This document shows, piece by piece, positions 8,701 to 19,174 of a stretch of DNA of 64,000 nt (its first letter is position 1; every line of letters begins with the position of its first letter). The DNA comes from Altererythrobacter sp. (GTDB lineage: Bacteria; Pseudomonadota; Alphaproteobacteria; Sphingomonadales; Sphingomonadaceae): assembly GCA_023260985.1 (NCBI GenBank), contig JALRKY010000027.1, positions 15,887 through 79,886 on the forward strand, in the 5' to 3' direction. The notes under the pieces are model-generated. The model saw nothing but the letters and a program-made list of their open reading frames with translations, was not told where the DNA came from and did no database searches. A program made the position numbers and the translations under genes.

Positions 8701-10389
8701 ATGATCATTCCACGCAACCGCATGTCCTCCCTTGCCGCCGTGCTGATGCTCACCGCATGCAGCGGACTCAGCGGCGATGCCGGACTGGACATTCCCAATG
8801 TTGCCGATGGAGATATTTCCGAAGCGACGATGAAGGATGTCACTCGCCAGCTGGCATCGGACAAATTCGAGGGGCGAATGCCCGGCACGGCGGGCGAGGA
8901 AAAGACTGTCGCGCTGTTGATCGAGCGCTTCAAGGCGGCCGGCCTTGAGCCAGGCAACAATGGTTCATGGGTGCAGGAAGTGCCGCTGGTGGAAATCACC
9001 GGCAAGGATTTCGCGCCGCTCACGATCAACGGCGACGGCGTGAACCTGTCGTATGATTTCGGGACCGAATGGGTTGGCGTGACCTATCGCGAAGACGCGA
9101 AGACCAGCCTCAAGGACAGTGACCTTGTGTTTGTGGGCTACGGCATCAACGCACCCGAACGCGGCTGGAACGATTACGAAGGCGTCGACGTCAAAGGCAA
9201 GACCGTGGTCATCCTGGTCAACGACCCCGATTGGGAAACGCCGGGGCTGACCGGCCCCTTCAACGGCCGCGCGATGACCTATTACGGTCGCTGGACCTAC
9301 AAATATGAAGAAGCCGCCCGGCAAGGCGCTGCCGGCGCCCTGATCGTGCATGACACCGAACCGGCGGCCTATGGCTGGAATGTGGTCGAATCCTCCTGGA
9401 CCGGCCCGCAAGCCTATGCCCAGCGCGGCGAGAACGCTCCGCCGCTGACCGCAATGAACGGGTGGGTGCAGAAGGACGTCGCGCGCGCAATCCTCGGCGC
9501 CGCCGGGCAGGATCTCGACGCGTTGAGCGCGGCGGCGAAGCAGAAAGGCTTCAAGCCGGTCCCGCTTGGCCTGAAGGCCGGGACCAGCTTCGCCAACGAC
9601 ATCCGATCCTATGCCTCGAAGAACGTGATCGGCTTGATGCGCGGCACCAAACGACTTGATGAATATGTCATCCACACCGCCCATTGGGATCACCTTGGCC
9701 GCTGCACACCCGCCGCCGACGGCGACGATATCTGCAATGGCGCGGTCGACAATGCCACCGGCACGGCCGCGCTCGTGGCGCTGGCCGAAGCCAATGCCAA
9801 GGCAGGCGCGCCTGCGCGCAGCCTAGTGTTCCTGGCGGTCACGGCCGAAGAACAGGGCCTGCTCGGCGCCAATTACTATGCCGAAAACCCCGTCTTCCCG
9901 CTGGCGCAGACGGTGGGCGGCCTGAACATGGACGCCTTCCAGGTGATGGGCGAAGCGCGCGACGTGACTGTTGTCGGCGGCGGCAAGTCTCAGCTCGACG
10001 ATTTCCTCGCGGCGGGCCTCAAGGCGGTCGGAAAGGTCGCGACGCCTGACCCGAACCCCGAGGCGGGCTACTATTATCGCTCGGACCATTTCGCGCTGGC
10101 CAAGAAGGGCGTGCCGATGTTCTATTTGCGCGACGGGCAGGACCTGACCGACGGCGGCAAGGAAGCCGGCGCCGCGGCCAACTCAGACTATCGCGCCAAC
10201 CGCTATCACGGCCCGAAGGACGAGTTCGACGAGAATTGGGACTGGTCGGGTGTGATGAGCAATCTGCAGCTCGTCTATCGCTTGAGCCGGATGCTGGCCG
10301 AAAGCACCAGCTGGCCCAATTGGAACGAAGGCGATGAATTCCGCGCCACCCGCGATGCGGAATGCGCGGCGAGCGCTGTCGGCTGCTGA
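8701..10389 (+). CDS. M28 family aminopeptidase with PA domain, lipoprotein
   Basis: Start moved to ATG 8701 (MIIPRNRMSSLAAVLMLTACSG lipobox). HWDHLG, NGAVDNATGTAALV, TAEEQGLLG and YHGPKDE zinc-peptidase motifs. Confidence 0.85.
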   Translation: MIIPRNRMSSLAAVLMLTACSGLSGDAGLDIPNVADGDISEATMKDVTRQLASDKFEGRMPGTAGEEKTVALLIERFKAAGLEPGNNGSWVQEVPLVEITGKDFAPLTINGDGVNLSYDFGTEWVGVTYREDAKTSLKDSDLVFVGYGINAPERGWNDYEGVDVKGKTVVILVNDPDWETPGLTGPFNGRAMTYYGRWTYKYEEAARQGAAGALIVHDTEPAAYGWNVVESSWTGPQAYAQRGENAPPLTAMNGWVQKDVARAILGAAGQDLDALSAAAKQKGFKPVPLGLKAGTSFANDIRSYASKNVIGLMRGTKRLDEYVIHTAHWDHLGRCTPAADGDDICNGAVDNATGTAALVALAEANAKAGAPARSLVFLAVTAEEQGLLGANYYAENPVFPLAQTVGGLNMDAFQVMGEARDVTVVGGGKSQLDDFLAAGLKAVGKVATPDPNPEAGYYYRSDHFALAKKGVPMFYLRDGQDLTDGGKEAGAAANSDYRANRYHGPKDEFDENWDWSGVMSNLQLVYRLSRMLAESTSWPNWNEGDEFRATRDAECAASAVGC

Positions 10390-10421
10390 GCCGATAACGC
10401 GCAGCTGCTGAAAACCGTCCG

Positions 10422-11402
10422 ATGACCCGCAGTGTAATGCCGCCCGAATGGGCGCCACAGGAATGGCTGTGGATCGGCTTTCCGCATCTGGCCGAGGAAT
10501 GGCCGGGCTGGCTCGAGCCTGCCCAAGAGCAAATCGCAGCCTTTGCAAGTGCCGTGGCCGAAAGCGGGCAGCAGGTGCGGCTGCTGGTGCGCGACGACGC
10601 CAATGAAGCGCGCGCGCGGGCGCTCGTATCGAGTAAGGTTACGCTTGAGCGGCGGACTTATGGTGACGTGTGGCTGCGCGACACCGGCCCGCTGGTGCTG
10701 AGCGACGGCACAGCGCTGCGCTGCCGCTTCAACGGTTGGGGCGGCAAGTATTTGATGCCGGGCGACCAGACGATCGGTGCCGAGCTGGCGCACGACGCAG
10801 GCCTGAAGGTGGTCGAATCCGACTGGGTATTGGAAGGCGGTGCAGTCGATGGTGATGGCACCGGCACGGTGCTGGCCACTGAGCAATGCCTGCTCAATCC
10901 CAATCGCAACCCGCAGCTTTCGCGAAGCGAGATCGAAGCGCGGTTGGCGTGCGACCTTGGCTTCACGCGGACGGTGTGGCTGGGCGATGGCCTCATCAAC
11001 GACCATACCGACGGGCATGTCGACAATCTCGCGCGCTTCGTGGCTCCGGGCGAAGTCGTGCTGCCGCGCGCGACCGGGAACGACGATCCCAATGCCGCGA
11101 TCTATGCCGATGCGAAGGCACGCATCCTCGAAGCAGGGCTCACACTGCACGAAATCCCTTCACCCGGCCTGATGACCCGCGAGGGAGCGATCGAACCTGC
11201 GAGCTATGTCAATTTTGCCATCACCACGCGTATCGTCATTGTACCGACCTTCGGCTCGCCACATGACGCAGAGGGGGTTACGGCGATCGCCGCGCTGTTC
11301 CCCGACCGCGAGACGGTGGGCTTGCCCGGCGATGCGGTGCTCGCAGGCGGCGGCGGCTTCCATTGCGCCAGCCAGCAGATGCCCCTTCTGGCGGGAATTT
11401 AA
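10422..11402 (+). CDS. aguA: agmatine deiminase family protein
   Basis: MPPEWAPQEWLWIGFPH, WLRDTGP, DGHVDN, C-terminal GGGGFHCASQQ catalytic Cys. Confidence 0.84.
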   Translation: MTRSVMPPEWAPQEWLWIGFPHLAEEWPGWLEPAQEQIAAFASAVAESGQQVRLLVRDDANEARARALVSSKVTLERRTYGDVWLRDTGPLVLSDGTALRCRFNGWGGKYLMPGDQTIGAELAHDAGLKVVESDWVLEGGAVDGDGTGTVLATEQCLLNPNRNPQLSRSEIEARLACDLGFTRTVWLGDGLINDHTDGHVDNLARFVAPGEVVLPRATGNDDPNAAIYADAKARILEAGLTLHEIPSPGLMTREGAIEPASYVNFAITTRIVIVPTFGSPHDAEGVTAIAALFPDRETVGLPGDAVLAGGGGFHCASQQMPLLAGI

Positions 11403-11582
11403 CGACCCATTAGGATTCGAGCGCGCATACTCTGGCCATGTCCAAGGTCATTACCCTTACGCGCGCGGTCCGGTTGGCGGACAAGGTCGCAGAGACCCGG
11501 ATCGAAGTGCTCCGCTCCATGCTGGTATGCACTTGCGCCGTGGCACTCATCGCTGCCGACCGCGCGCTTCCTTTCTGACCCG

Positions 11583-12326
11583 TCAGGACAGGCGCGCAAG
11601 CGCGGAGATAGCCGTGCCGCCCAGAATCACAGCCACCAGGAAACGCCAGGTCGCATCGCCGATCGCGTCCGACGCCTTTTCGCCCAGCCAGTTGCCGAGC
11701 AGGATTGCCGGAAACAGCACAATCGCGAGCCAGGCGATGCTGAGGTCGAAATGGCCCAGCGCAATGCCCGCTAGCGAGCCCGACACCGACGCGATCGTGA
11801 AAACCAGCAGCATCGAGGCCTTCACCACCTCGCGCGGGAGCTCACGCCCGACATAATAGGGCACGACCGGCGGGCCCGGCATTCCGGCGAAACCCGTCAG
11901 CAAGCCCGCAACGGTCCCCACGCCGGCTGTCGCGAACATCCCCGGCGCAGTGGATGACCTGCGCGGCAGGAAGATCGCCGCGAAGGCGAGCAGCGCTATC
12001 ATTGCGATCACCAGCCTCGCCAGCGCCGGATCGGTCGCCTCCAGCAGCCACAGGCCGGCTGGGGTCGACAGCATGATGAAGCCACCGATGATCCAAGCCG
12101 ACCGTTCCGAATGGCCGATCAGGTGGCGCAATTCGACCAGCCCGATCATCACCCCCAGCGCATTGGCGACCAGCACTGCATGGACGGGGTCGAGCGCCAG
12201 CGCGAGCACCGGCATCAGCAGGATCGCCATGCCGAATCCGGCAAGCCCGCGCACCACGGCGGCTCCGAAAGCGGCGCCCAGCCCGGCGAGGAGCTGCGCC
12301 GTGCTATAGGCGTCGAGCAGCTCCAA
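11583..12326 (-). CDS. TauE/SafE family sulfite-exporter-like membrane protein
   Basis: About 8 hydrophobic helices and Gly-rich repeats (RGLAGFGMAILLMPVL, GLLTGFAGMPGPPVVPYY). TTG start. Confidence 0.78.
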   Translation of the reverse strand: MELLDAYSTAQLLAGLGAAFGAAVVRGLAGFGMAILLMPVLALALDPVHAVLVANALGVMIGLVELRHLIGHSERSAWIIGGFIMLSTPAGLWLLEATDPALARLVIAMIALLAFAAIFLPRRSSTAPGMFATAGVGTVAGLLTGFAGMPGPPVVPYYVGRELPREVVKASMLLVFTIASVSGSLAGIALGHFDLSIAWLAIVLFPAILLGNWLGEKASDAIGDATWRFLVAVILGGTAISALARLS

Positions 12327-12333
12327 GCGGCGT

Positions 12334-14337
12334 TCAGGCCTGCGCGAGGTCCGGCGGCGTCGCCGCCGCCGTCAGCATGGCAATCGCGTCATCGAGGCTC
12401 ATCGCCTTTTGGTGCTCGACGCCGAGCGTGCGCACTGCAACGCTGCCTTCCTCGGCCTCGCGCTTGCCCACCACCACCAGGTGCGGAACCTTCGCGAGCG
12501 AGTGCTCGCGCACCTTGTAGTTGATCTTCTCGTTCCTGAGGTCGCTGTCGACGCGGATCCCGGACGCTTCAAGCTTGGCAACCACGTCCTTCGCATAGCC
12601 GTTAGCATCGGACACGATCGTCGCCACCACCGCTTGCACCGGCGCAAGCCACACCGGCAACCGCCCGGCGAAGTGCTCGATCAAAATGCCGATGAAGCGT
12701 TCGTAGGAGCCGAAGATCGCGCGGTGCAGCATCACCGGGCGGTGGCGCTCGCCATCCTCGCCGACATAGCTTGCATCGAGCCGTTCGGGCAGCACGCGGT
12801 CGGACTGGATGGTGCCGACCTGCCAGGTGCGGCCGATCGCGTCGGTCAGGTGCCATTCGAGCTTGGGCGCATAAAAGGCGCCTTCGCCCGGCAGTTCTTC
12901 CCAGCCATATTCTTCGGTCGCCAACCCGGCATCGATCACCGCCTGGCGCAACTCGGCCTCGGCCTTGTCCCAATCCGCGTCCGAGCCGTAACGCTGGTCA
13001 GGGCGCAGCGCGAGCTTGATCTGGTAGGTAAAGCCGAAGTCCTTGTAGATCCGGTCGGCGAGTTCGCAGAACTTGCGCACTTCTTCGACGATCTGGTCCT
13101 CGCGGCAGAAGATGTGCGCATCGTCCTGCGTGAACTGGCGCACGCGCATCAACCCGTGCAGCGCGCCATGCGGTTCGTTGCGGTGGCAGCAGCCGTTTTC
13201 ATAGAGGCGCAGCGGCAGGTCGCGATAGCTCTTGATGCCCTGGCGGAAGATCAGCACATGCGCCGGGCAGTTCATCGGCTTGAGCGCCATCCACTCGGCC
13301 TCGTCCGACACCAGCGGGCCTTCGTCCTCGGTGTTGGGCACTTCATCGGGGATGACGAACATGTTCTCGCGATATTTGCCCCAGTGGCCGGACTGTTCCC
13401 ACTGGCGCGCGTCCATCACCTGAGGCGTCTTGACCTCCTGGTAGCCGGCGGCGTCGATCGCGCGGCGCATATAGGCTTCGAGCGCGCGCCACACCTTGTA
13501 GCCATGCGGGTGCCAGAAGACCGAGCCGTGCGCCTCTTCCTGCAAATGGAACAAATCCATCTCGCGGCCTAGCTTGCGGTGGTCGCGCTTGCCGGCCTCT
13601 TCAAGGCGCGTCAGATGCTCGTCGAGTTGCTTCTTGTTGAGCCAGCCGGTGCCGTAGATGCGCGTGAGCTGCGCATTGCGCTGGTCGCCGCGCCAATAGG
13701 CGCCCGCGACACGCATCAGCTTGAACGCCTGCGGATCGAGCTTGCCGGTGCTGGCGAGGTGCGGGCCGCGGCACATGTCGAGCCAGTCGTCACCCGACCA
13801 ATAGACTGTCAGTTCCTCGCCTTCGGGAAGTTCGGCGGCCCATTCGGCCTTGAAGCTTTCGCCATCGGCCTTCCACTTGGCGATCAGGTCTTCCCGGCTC
13901 CACACTTCGCGGCGCAGCGGCTTGTCGGCGCGGATAATCTCGCGCATCTTTTCCTCGATCGCGGGCAGGTCATCCATCGAGAAGGGATCGCGGCTGGCGG
14001 GCGCCATCACGTCATAATAGAAACCGTCTTCGGTCGCCGGGCCGAAGGTGATCTGCGTACCGGGCCACAGCGCCTGCACCGCTTCGGCGAGCACATGGGC
14101 ATAGTCGTGGCGAACCAGCTCGAGCGCATCGGCCTCGTCGCGCGCGGTGATCAGCGCCAGCTCGGCATCGCCATCGAAGGGACGGCCGATATCGCGCACT
14201 TCGCCGTTCACGCGCGCTGCCAGCGCCGCCTTGGCCAGGCCCGGGCCGATCGCAGCAGCGACGTCCGCCGGGGTCGAACCCCGTTCCATTTCGCGCACCG
14301 AACCATCGGGCAGGCTGATCTTGAGCATTTCCGTCAT
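12334..14337 (-). CDS. thrS: threonine--tRNA ligase
   Basis: TGS-domain N-terminus ([12 protein letters not shown]), class II motifs ([34 protein letters not shown]) and anticodon-binding C-terminus. Start at ATG 14337 or ATG 14328. Confidence 0.95.
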   Translation of the reverse strand: MTEMLKISLPDGSVREMERGSTPADVAAAIGPGLAKAALAARVNGEVRDIGRPFDGDAELALITARDEADALELVRHDYAHVLAEAVQALWPGTQITFGPATEDGFYYDVMAPASRDPFSMDDLPAIEEKMREIIRADKPLRREVWSREDLIAKWKADGESFKAEWAAELPEGEELTVYWSGDDWLDMCRGPHLASTGKLDPQAFKLMRVAGAYWRGDQRNAQLTRIYGTGWLNKKQLDEHLTRLEEAGKRDHRKLGREMDLFHLQEEAHGSVFWHPHGYKVWRALEAYMRRAIDAAGYQEVKTPQVMDARQWEQSGHWGKYRENMFVIPDEVPNTEDEGPLVSDEAEWMALKPMNCPAHVLIFRQGIKSYRDLPLRLYENGCCHRNEPHGALHGLMRVRQFTQDDAHIFCREDQIVEEVRKFCELADRIYKDFGFTYQIKLALRPDQRYGSDADWDKAEAELRQAVIDAGLATEEYGWEELPGEGAFYAPKLEWHLTDAIGRTWQVGTIQSDRVLPERLDASYVGEDGERHRPVMLHRAIFGSYERFIGILIEHFAGRLPVWLAPVQAVVATIVSDANGYAKDVVAKLEASGIRVDSDLRNEKINYKVREHSLAKVPHLVVVGKREAEEGSVAVRTLGVEHQKAMSLDDAIAMLTAAATPPDLAQA

Positions 14338-14651
14338 CGAATTCGTCCGTTTCCTTGTCGCGCGGCGCTTGTTGCGGCTCGCACTTGGCGGCGCCATGGC
14401 ACAGAGCCGCGCGCGCTTGAAGAGCGGTGTCGGTCAATTTGCAAATTTTCGGGAGGCTGACACCCAGGCCACCCGAAACCGGGTGGCGGGATCTGCGATT
14501 AACGCGCGACCATCCGCCCCCGGGCATCCGAGGTGGTAGTGGTCACTGTAGTGGTCAGCAGCTTTGCCATACGCGCCCATTAGCAGGGTAATGGTTGCGA
14601 GTCACTTACTTCGGCAACCGACCCTACTTGCTTTCGCCTCACGCTGGAAAG

Positions 14652-16316
14652 CTAGGCAGAAAGGGCCTGCGAGCCGGCTTCGCTCACCATGCGATGCGTT
14701 CCCGCAAGCCGCGTGGAGCGCTGGCGGATGGTGTCCACGAAGCGAAACTCGTTGCTCGCCGCTCCCGGCGTCAATTCGAGCACCATATAGCCGCGCTGCG
14801 AAGTATCCGCCCATTTGAGCTGCGGGCTCGCGGCAACGACCATTTTCGCGAAATCATCCGGCTTCAGCATAGGCAGCGAGCTTTCGAGGCCCGGTGAGGC
14901 AACCGACTGCACGCCGAACTCGACGCCCGCTTTCGTGCCGTCATGTTCAAGCTCGAAGGCCCAGGCATTGTGTGTATCGCCAGCGAGCACCACCAAATTC
15001 GCGTCTGCGACAAGCGAAGCCTCAAGCAGCCGCTCCCGGGCTGCCGGATAACCGTCCCACGCATCCATGTTGGAGGGCAGGCCCACCTTGCTGGCCAGTC
15101 CCGCAAGCGTTACCCGGCGGCGGGCATAGTCGGGCACGCCATCGCCAAGCCCTTCGGCGAGGCCCGGCGGGCTCAACAGCGGGCCCATCAGCACTTGCTG
15201 GACCAGCACCTGCCATTGCTTGCCCGCGCCGCGCGACGCCTTGAGCCCTTCGCCGAGCCAAGCCTCCTGCGCCGCGCCGAGCAATTGTCGCTTGGGATCG
15301 GCATAGGGGCCGTCGCGAAACGCCGTCAGCCCAGCGGCCACCTGTTCGGGCGACTTTGCCCCGGCAACGACAGCGCCAAGATCGAACTGCTGCTCGCGCC
15401 CTTCCAGCCGCGTATCGAGCCGGAACAGAGTGGCGAGATCGCCCACCTCATATTGCGTATAGGTCTCGTCCGACACCGGCAGCCATTCGCGCCAGGCGCG
15501 CTTGGCGGCAGCCTTGCGCATTTCCCAATCGCCTTCGCTGTCGCTCTGGTGATTCTGCGCGCCGTCCTTCCAGCTGTCATTGGCGGTTTCGTGATCGTCC
15601 CAGATGCAGATCATCGGCAGAGACTGGTGGATGCGCCGCAGATCGGGATCGCTGCGATAGGTAGCGTAGCGCAGCCGGTAGTCCGCCAGCGCAACGATCT
15701 CGCCTTCGGGCCAGAGCAACCGGTCCGGGTGCGCTTCCTGCGCGGACGGATAGGTGCCGCGCCCATATTCGTAGATATAGTCGCCGAGGTGCAGCGCCAG
15801 CTCGACATCGTTCGCTTCGGCGGCGTGGGCATAGGCGTTGAACCAGCCGAATCCGTAATTCGAGCAGGAGAACACGGCCATGCGGAAGCGATCGAGCTTG
15901 CCTTCGGGCAGGGTGCGGGTGCGGCCGACATCGGACATCGACCCATCCGCCGCGATGAAGCGGTAATAATACCATTGCCCGCTGCGGAGGCCGTCAGCCC
16001 AGGACTTTGCGCACCAGTCGCTCTCGGCTCGGGCCAGCGCACTGCCTTCTGCCACCACATTGGTGAAACCGGCATCCTCGCTGACTTGCCATTCGAGCGC
16101 CACGTCCTGCTGACCGACATAGCGGGTCCACAGCAGCGCCTTGTCCGGACCGGGCTCACCGCTGGCGACGCCATGAGTGAAACCCGTGCCGAAACTCTGC
16201 GCGGCGAGCGGCGCAGCAGCGCTTGCGGCTGCCAGCCCGCCGAGCCTGAACAGATTGCGCCGGGTGAGTTGTGCGGCGGGAAGCATAGGCGAAGCGGGGG
16301 TGTCGTTCTTGATCAT
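14652..16316 (-). CDS. phoD: alkaline phosphatase D, Tat-exported
   Basis: Twin-arginine signal LTRRNLFRLGGLAAASAAA; PhoD metallophosphatase motifs (FSCSNYGFG, LHLGDYIYEYG, IWDDHETANDSW, GDTHNAW). Alternative start ATG 16286. Confidence 0.9.
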   Translation of the reverse strand: MIKNDTPASPMLPAAQLTRRNLFRLGGLAAASAAAPLAAQSFGTGFTHGVASGEPGPDKALLWTRYVGQQDVALEWQVSEDAGFTNVVAEGSALARAESDWCAKSWADGLRSGQWYYYRFIAADGSMSDVGRTRTLPEGKLDRFRMAVFSCSNYGFGWFNAYAHAAEANDVELALHLGDYIYEYGRGTYPSAQEAHPDRLLWPEGEIVALADYRLRYATYRSDPDLRRIHQSLPMICIWDDHETANDSWKDGAQNHQSDSEGDWEMRKAAAKRAWREWLPVSDETYTQYEVGDLATLFRLDTRLEGREQQFDLGAVVAGAKSPEQVAAGLTAFRDGPYADPKRQLLGAAQEAWLGEGLKASRGAGKQWQVLVQQVLMGPLLSPPGLAEGLGDGVPDYARRRVTLAGLASKVGLPSNMDAWDGYPAARERLLEASLVADANLVVLAGDTHNAWAFELEHDGTKAGVEFGVQSVASPGLESSLPMLKPDDFAKMVVAASPQLKWADTSQRGYMVLELTPGAASNEFRFVDTIRQRSTRLAGTHRMVSEAGSQALSA

Positions 16317-16399
16317 TGGATGGCGATACGCCGCGGGAATGGCGCGTCAATGACAATCTCAAGCGCGCAGCCCCTTGCGCTGGAGCCAGGGGCGCGGGC

Positions 16400-17146
16400 A
16401 TGAAGCGGGGCATGAACGACATCCAGTTCCACTCGATGCTCGATGGGCGCCGCATCGCCTATCGCTTCACGCCCGGCACCGGCCCCGCGCTGGTGTTCCT
16501 GCCCGGCTATATGTCGGACATGGAAGGCGGCAAGGCGACCGCAGTGTTCGATAAGGCACGCAGCGAAGGACGTGCCTGCCTGCTGCTCGATTATTCGGGC
16601 TGCGGCGCGAGCGACGGGGACTTTGCCAATGGCACATTGTCGCGCTGGCGCGACGAGGTTGTGGAGCTGGTCGGTGCGCTCGTCGATGGCCCGGTGGTCC
16701 TGATCGGATCGTCGATGGGTGGCTGGCTCATGCTGCTCGCGGGCAAGAAACTGGGCGAAAGGCTGGCCGGCCTGGTCGGGATTGCCGCCGCGCCCGACTT
16801 CACCGATTGGGGGCGCAGCGAGGCCGACAAACAGCGTCTGGCTGTCGGCGAGACCGTGCTCGACGACAATCCCTATGGCCCCGAGCCCACGCCGATGCAC
16901 CCGGTCTTCTTCGCTGACGGGCAGGGCCAATTGCTGCTCGACAGCGAGATTCCGCTCGATTGCCCGGTGCGGCTACTCCACGGCCAGCACGACGAGGATG
17001 TGCCGTGGGAAATCAGCATGCGGCTGGCGCAGGCGCTCCGTTCGGACGATATACAGGTAACGCTCGTCAAGGACGGCGACCACCGCCTGTCGCGCGACAA
17101 GGACATCGCCTTGCTGCTGCGCCAGGCATGGAGCCTGTTCGACTAG
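16400..17146 (+). CDS. alpha/beta-fold hydrolase
   Basis: Nucleophile elbow GSSMGG, VFLPGYMSDM, C-terminal GDHRL. Start chosen at ATG 16400 (16412 is possible). Confidence 0.75.
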   Translation: MKRGMNDIQFHSMLDGRRIAYRFTPGTGPALVFLPGYMSDMEGGKATAVFDKARSEGRACLLLDYSGCGASDGDFANGTLSRWRDEVVELVGALVDGPVVLIGSSMGGWLMLLAGKKLGERLAGLVGIAAAPDFTDWGRSEADKQRLAVGETVLDDNPYGPEPTPMHPVFFADGQGQLLLDSEIPLDCPVRLLHGQHDEDVPWEISMRLAQALRSDDIQVTLVKDGDHRLSRDKDIALLLRQAWSLFD

Positions 17147-17149
17147 GAA

Positions 17150-18013
17150 ATGCCCGCAATGCCCCTAACCACCGCGCTGCTTCCGCTGCTAATTCAAGTC
17201 GGGTTCGATCCGACACGGGGCGCGATTCCCGACTATTCGGCCGAAGTGCAGGATCGCCCGCCGCGCGCCTCGTCGGTGATCGATGCCCCGCAACCAACCA
17301 GCTGGCTCGGCCAATGCCTCGCTCAGCTCGACGAGGATCCGGCACGCGCGCATGTGCAGGCGCAGATTCGCCGCGACACGACTTCCGGCGACGAGCGTGT
17401 CTACGCCAATCACTGCCTGGGGCTGGCTTCGACCGAGCTCGGCCGCTGGGAAGAGGCGCGCGCCGCTTTCACCGCTGCCCGGCAGGGAACTCCGGATGAC
17501 GATCCGCGGCTGCGCGCCCGCTTCGGCGCGATGGCGGGCAATGCCGCGCTGGTAACCGGCGACATGGCGGGCGCACTCGACCTGCTCGACGCCGCGCGCA
17601 CCGATGCCATCGCCGCACAGGCTGGCGGCCTGCAGGCGCTGATCGCGCTCGACCGAGCGCGGGCACTGGTCGGCGCGGGCGAGCTCGAAGCCGCTGAAGC
17701 GAGCCTTGCCGAAGCACGCCAATTGCAACCCGAAGACAGCGAGACACGGCTGCTTTCAGCCACGCTGCTGCGCCGGATGGACCGGCTCGAAGCAGCCCAG
17801 GCGCAGATCGAAGAGGCCGCGCGGCTCGCTCCGCTCGATCCGTCGATCGGGCTCGAGGCAGGCGTGATCGCCATGCTGTCGGGACGCGAAGCGGCGGCGC
17901 GAACGAGTTGGCAATCGGTCATCGATATCGACCCGCAAGGCGAGGAGGCCGGCACTGCGAAGCGCTATCTCGAACAGCTTGGGCCACCCGCCGCGCAGGA
18001 ACCGCAGCCATGA
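17150..18013 (+). CDS. TPR-repeat protein
   Basis: Ala/Leu-rich helical repeats (GRWEEARAAFTAA, GELEAAEASLAEARQL, DRLEAAQAQIEEAARL). Its stop overlaps the next gene's ATG. Confidence 0.6.
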   Translation: MPAMPLTTALLPLLIQVGFDPTRGAIPDYSAEVQDRPPRASSVIDAPQPTSWLGQCLAQLDEDPARAHVQAQIRRDTTSGDERVYANHCLGLASTELGRWEEARAAFTAARQGTPDDDPRLRARFGAMAGNAALVTGDMAGALDLLDAARTDAIAAQAGGLQALIALDRARALVGAGELEAAEASLAEARQLQPEDSETRLLSATLLRRMDRLEAAQAQIEEAARLAPLDPSIGLEAGVIAMLSGREAAARTSWQSVIDIDPQGEEAGTAKRYLEQLGPPAAQEPQP

Positions 18014-18993
18014 CTGCGCTTTCCGTGCTCGACCTCGTCCCCGTGCGCGAAGGCGGCACCGTGGCCGAGGCCCTTCAAGCCGCGACCGAGCTGGCGAAGG
18101 CGGCGGAACGCTATGGCTACAGGCGTTTCTGGGTGGCCGAACACCATGCGATGGACGGAATCGCGGGCGGCGCGACCTCGGTCGTGCTGGCGCATCTCGG
18201 CAATGCCACCAGCACGATCCGGATCGGTTCGGGCGGCATCATGCTGCCCAACCACACGCCGTTCCAGATTGCCGAACATTTCGGCACGCTGGATGCGCTG
18301 TTTCCGGGGCGGATCGATTTGGGCCTAGGCCGCGCGCCCGGCGCCGGGCCGGAACTGCAGCGCGCGCTGCGCAAGAATTTGCACCAGGCCGCCGAGATGT
18401 TCCCTCAGGACGTGCTGGAACTGCGCGCACTCATCACCGGCGATGTCGAACTGCCGATCCATGCCACCCCGGGGCTCGGCGCCAATGTCGAATTCTGGAT
18501 GCTCGGATCGAGCCTGTTCGGCGCACAGCTAGCGGCACGGCTGGGGATGCCCTATGCCTTCGCGGCGCATTTCGCACCCGACCAGCTCAACGACGCGCTG
18601 GCGCTCTATCGCCGCGATTTCCAGCCGTCCCAACAGCTCGATCGCCCGCATGTGATGGTGGCGATGAATGTTTTTGCGGCGGAAACCGATGCCGAGGCCG
18701 AGCTGCTCGCCACCAGCCAGCAGCAGAGCTTCGTGCGCTTGCGGACCGGCAATCCCGGCAAGCTGCCGCCGCCGGTCGAAGGATATCGCGAAGCCCTGCC
18801 TGCAAATGCGCAGGCGATGCTCGACCATCTGGGGCAAGCTACGGCAGTTGGCAGCGTCAGCACCGTGCGCGCGAAAGTGGCGGCTTTCATCGAACGCACC
18901 GGGACCGACGAAATCATCGTTTCGGGTGCGACTTTCGATCCCGCAGCGCGGATCCGTTCGCTCGAGCTGACCATGGAGGCGATGCGTTCCTGA
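18010..18993 (+). CDS. LLM-class (luciferase-like) flavin-dependent oxidoreductase
   Basis: MTALSVLDLVPV..., YGYRRFWVAEHH, IRIGSGGIMLPNH, RIDLGLGRAPG. ATGA overlap with the TPR gene at 18010-18013. Confidence 0.85.
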   Translation: MTALSVLDLVPVREGGTVAEALQAATELAKAAERYGYRRFWVAEHHAMDGIAGGATSVVLAHLGNATSTIRIGSGGIMLPNHTPFQIAEHFGTLDALFPGRIDLGLGRAPGAGPELQRALRKNLHQAAEMFPQDVLELRALITGDVELPIHATPGLGANVEFWMLGSSLFGAQLAARLGMPYAFAAHFAPDQLNDALALYRRDFQPSQQLDRPHVMVAMNVFAAETDAEAELLATSQQQSFVRLRTGNPGKLPPPVEGYREALPANAQAMLDHLGQATAVGSVSTVRAKVAAFIERTGTDEIIVSGATFDPAARIRSLELTMEAMRS

Positions 18994-19174
18994 TCTCACA
19001 CGCTTCGCGCCGGCGCCGTAAGGGAAAGGCCATGCAGATCGGGCCATTCTGTTGTACTGATGAGCACGCCTGCAGGGCGATTTTGTCGCTTGCGGGTGCG
19101 CAGCCATGAGCCTATCGACGCATGATTGCTACACGAGAAGAGAATAAAATTTCTCTCGCAGGGGAAGCAGGGCG

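Noticed and set aside
14338-14651. A T-box or an E. coli-type tRNA-mimic operator in the thrS leader.
   Set aside because: There is no specifier-loop/T-box sequence, and the single strong hairpin has a 4-nt loop unlike a tRNA-Thr anticodon arm. It is kept only as an unexplained hairpin/repeat finding.
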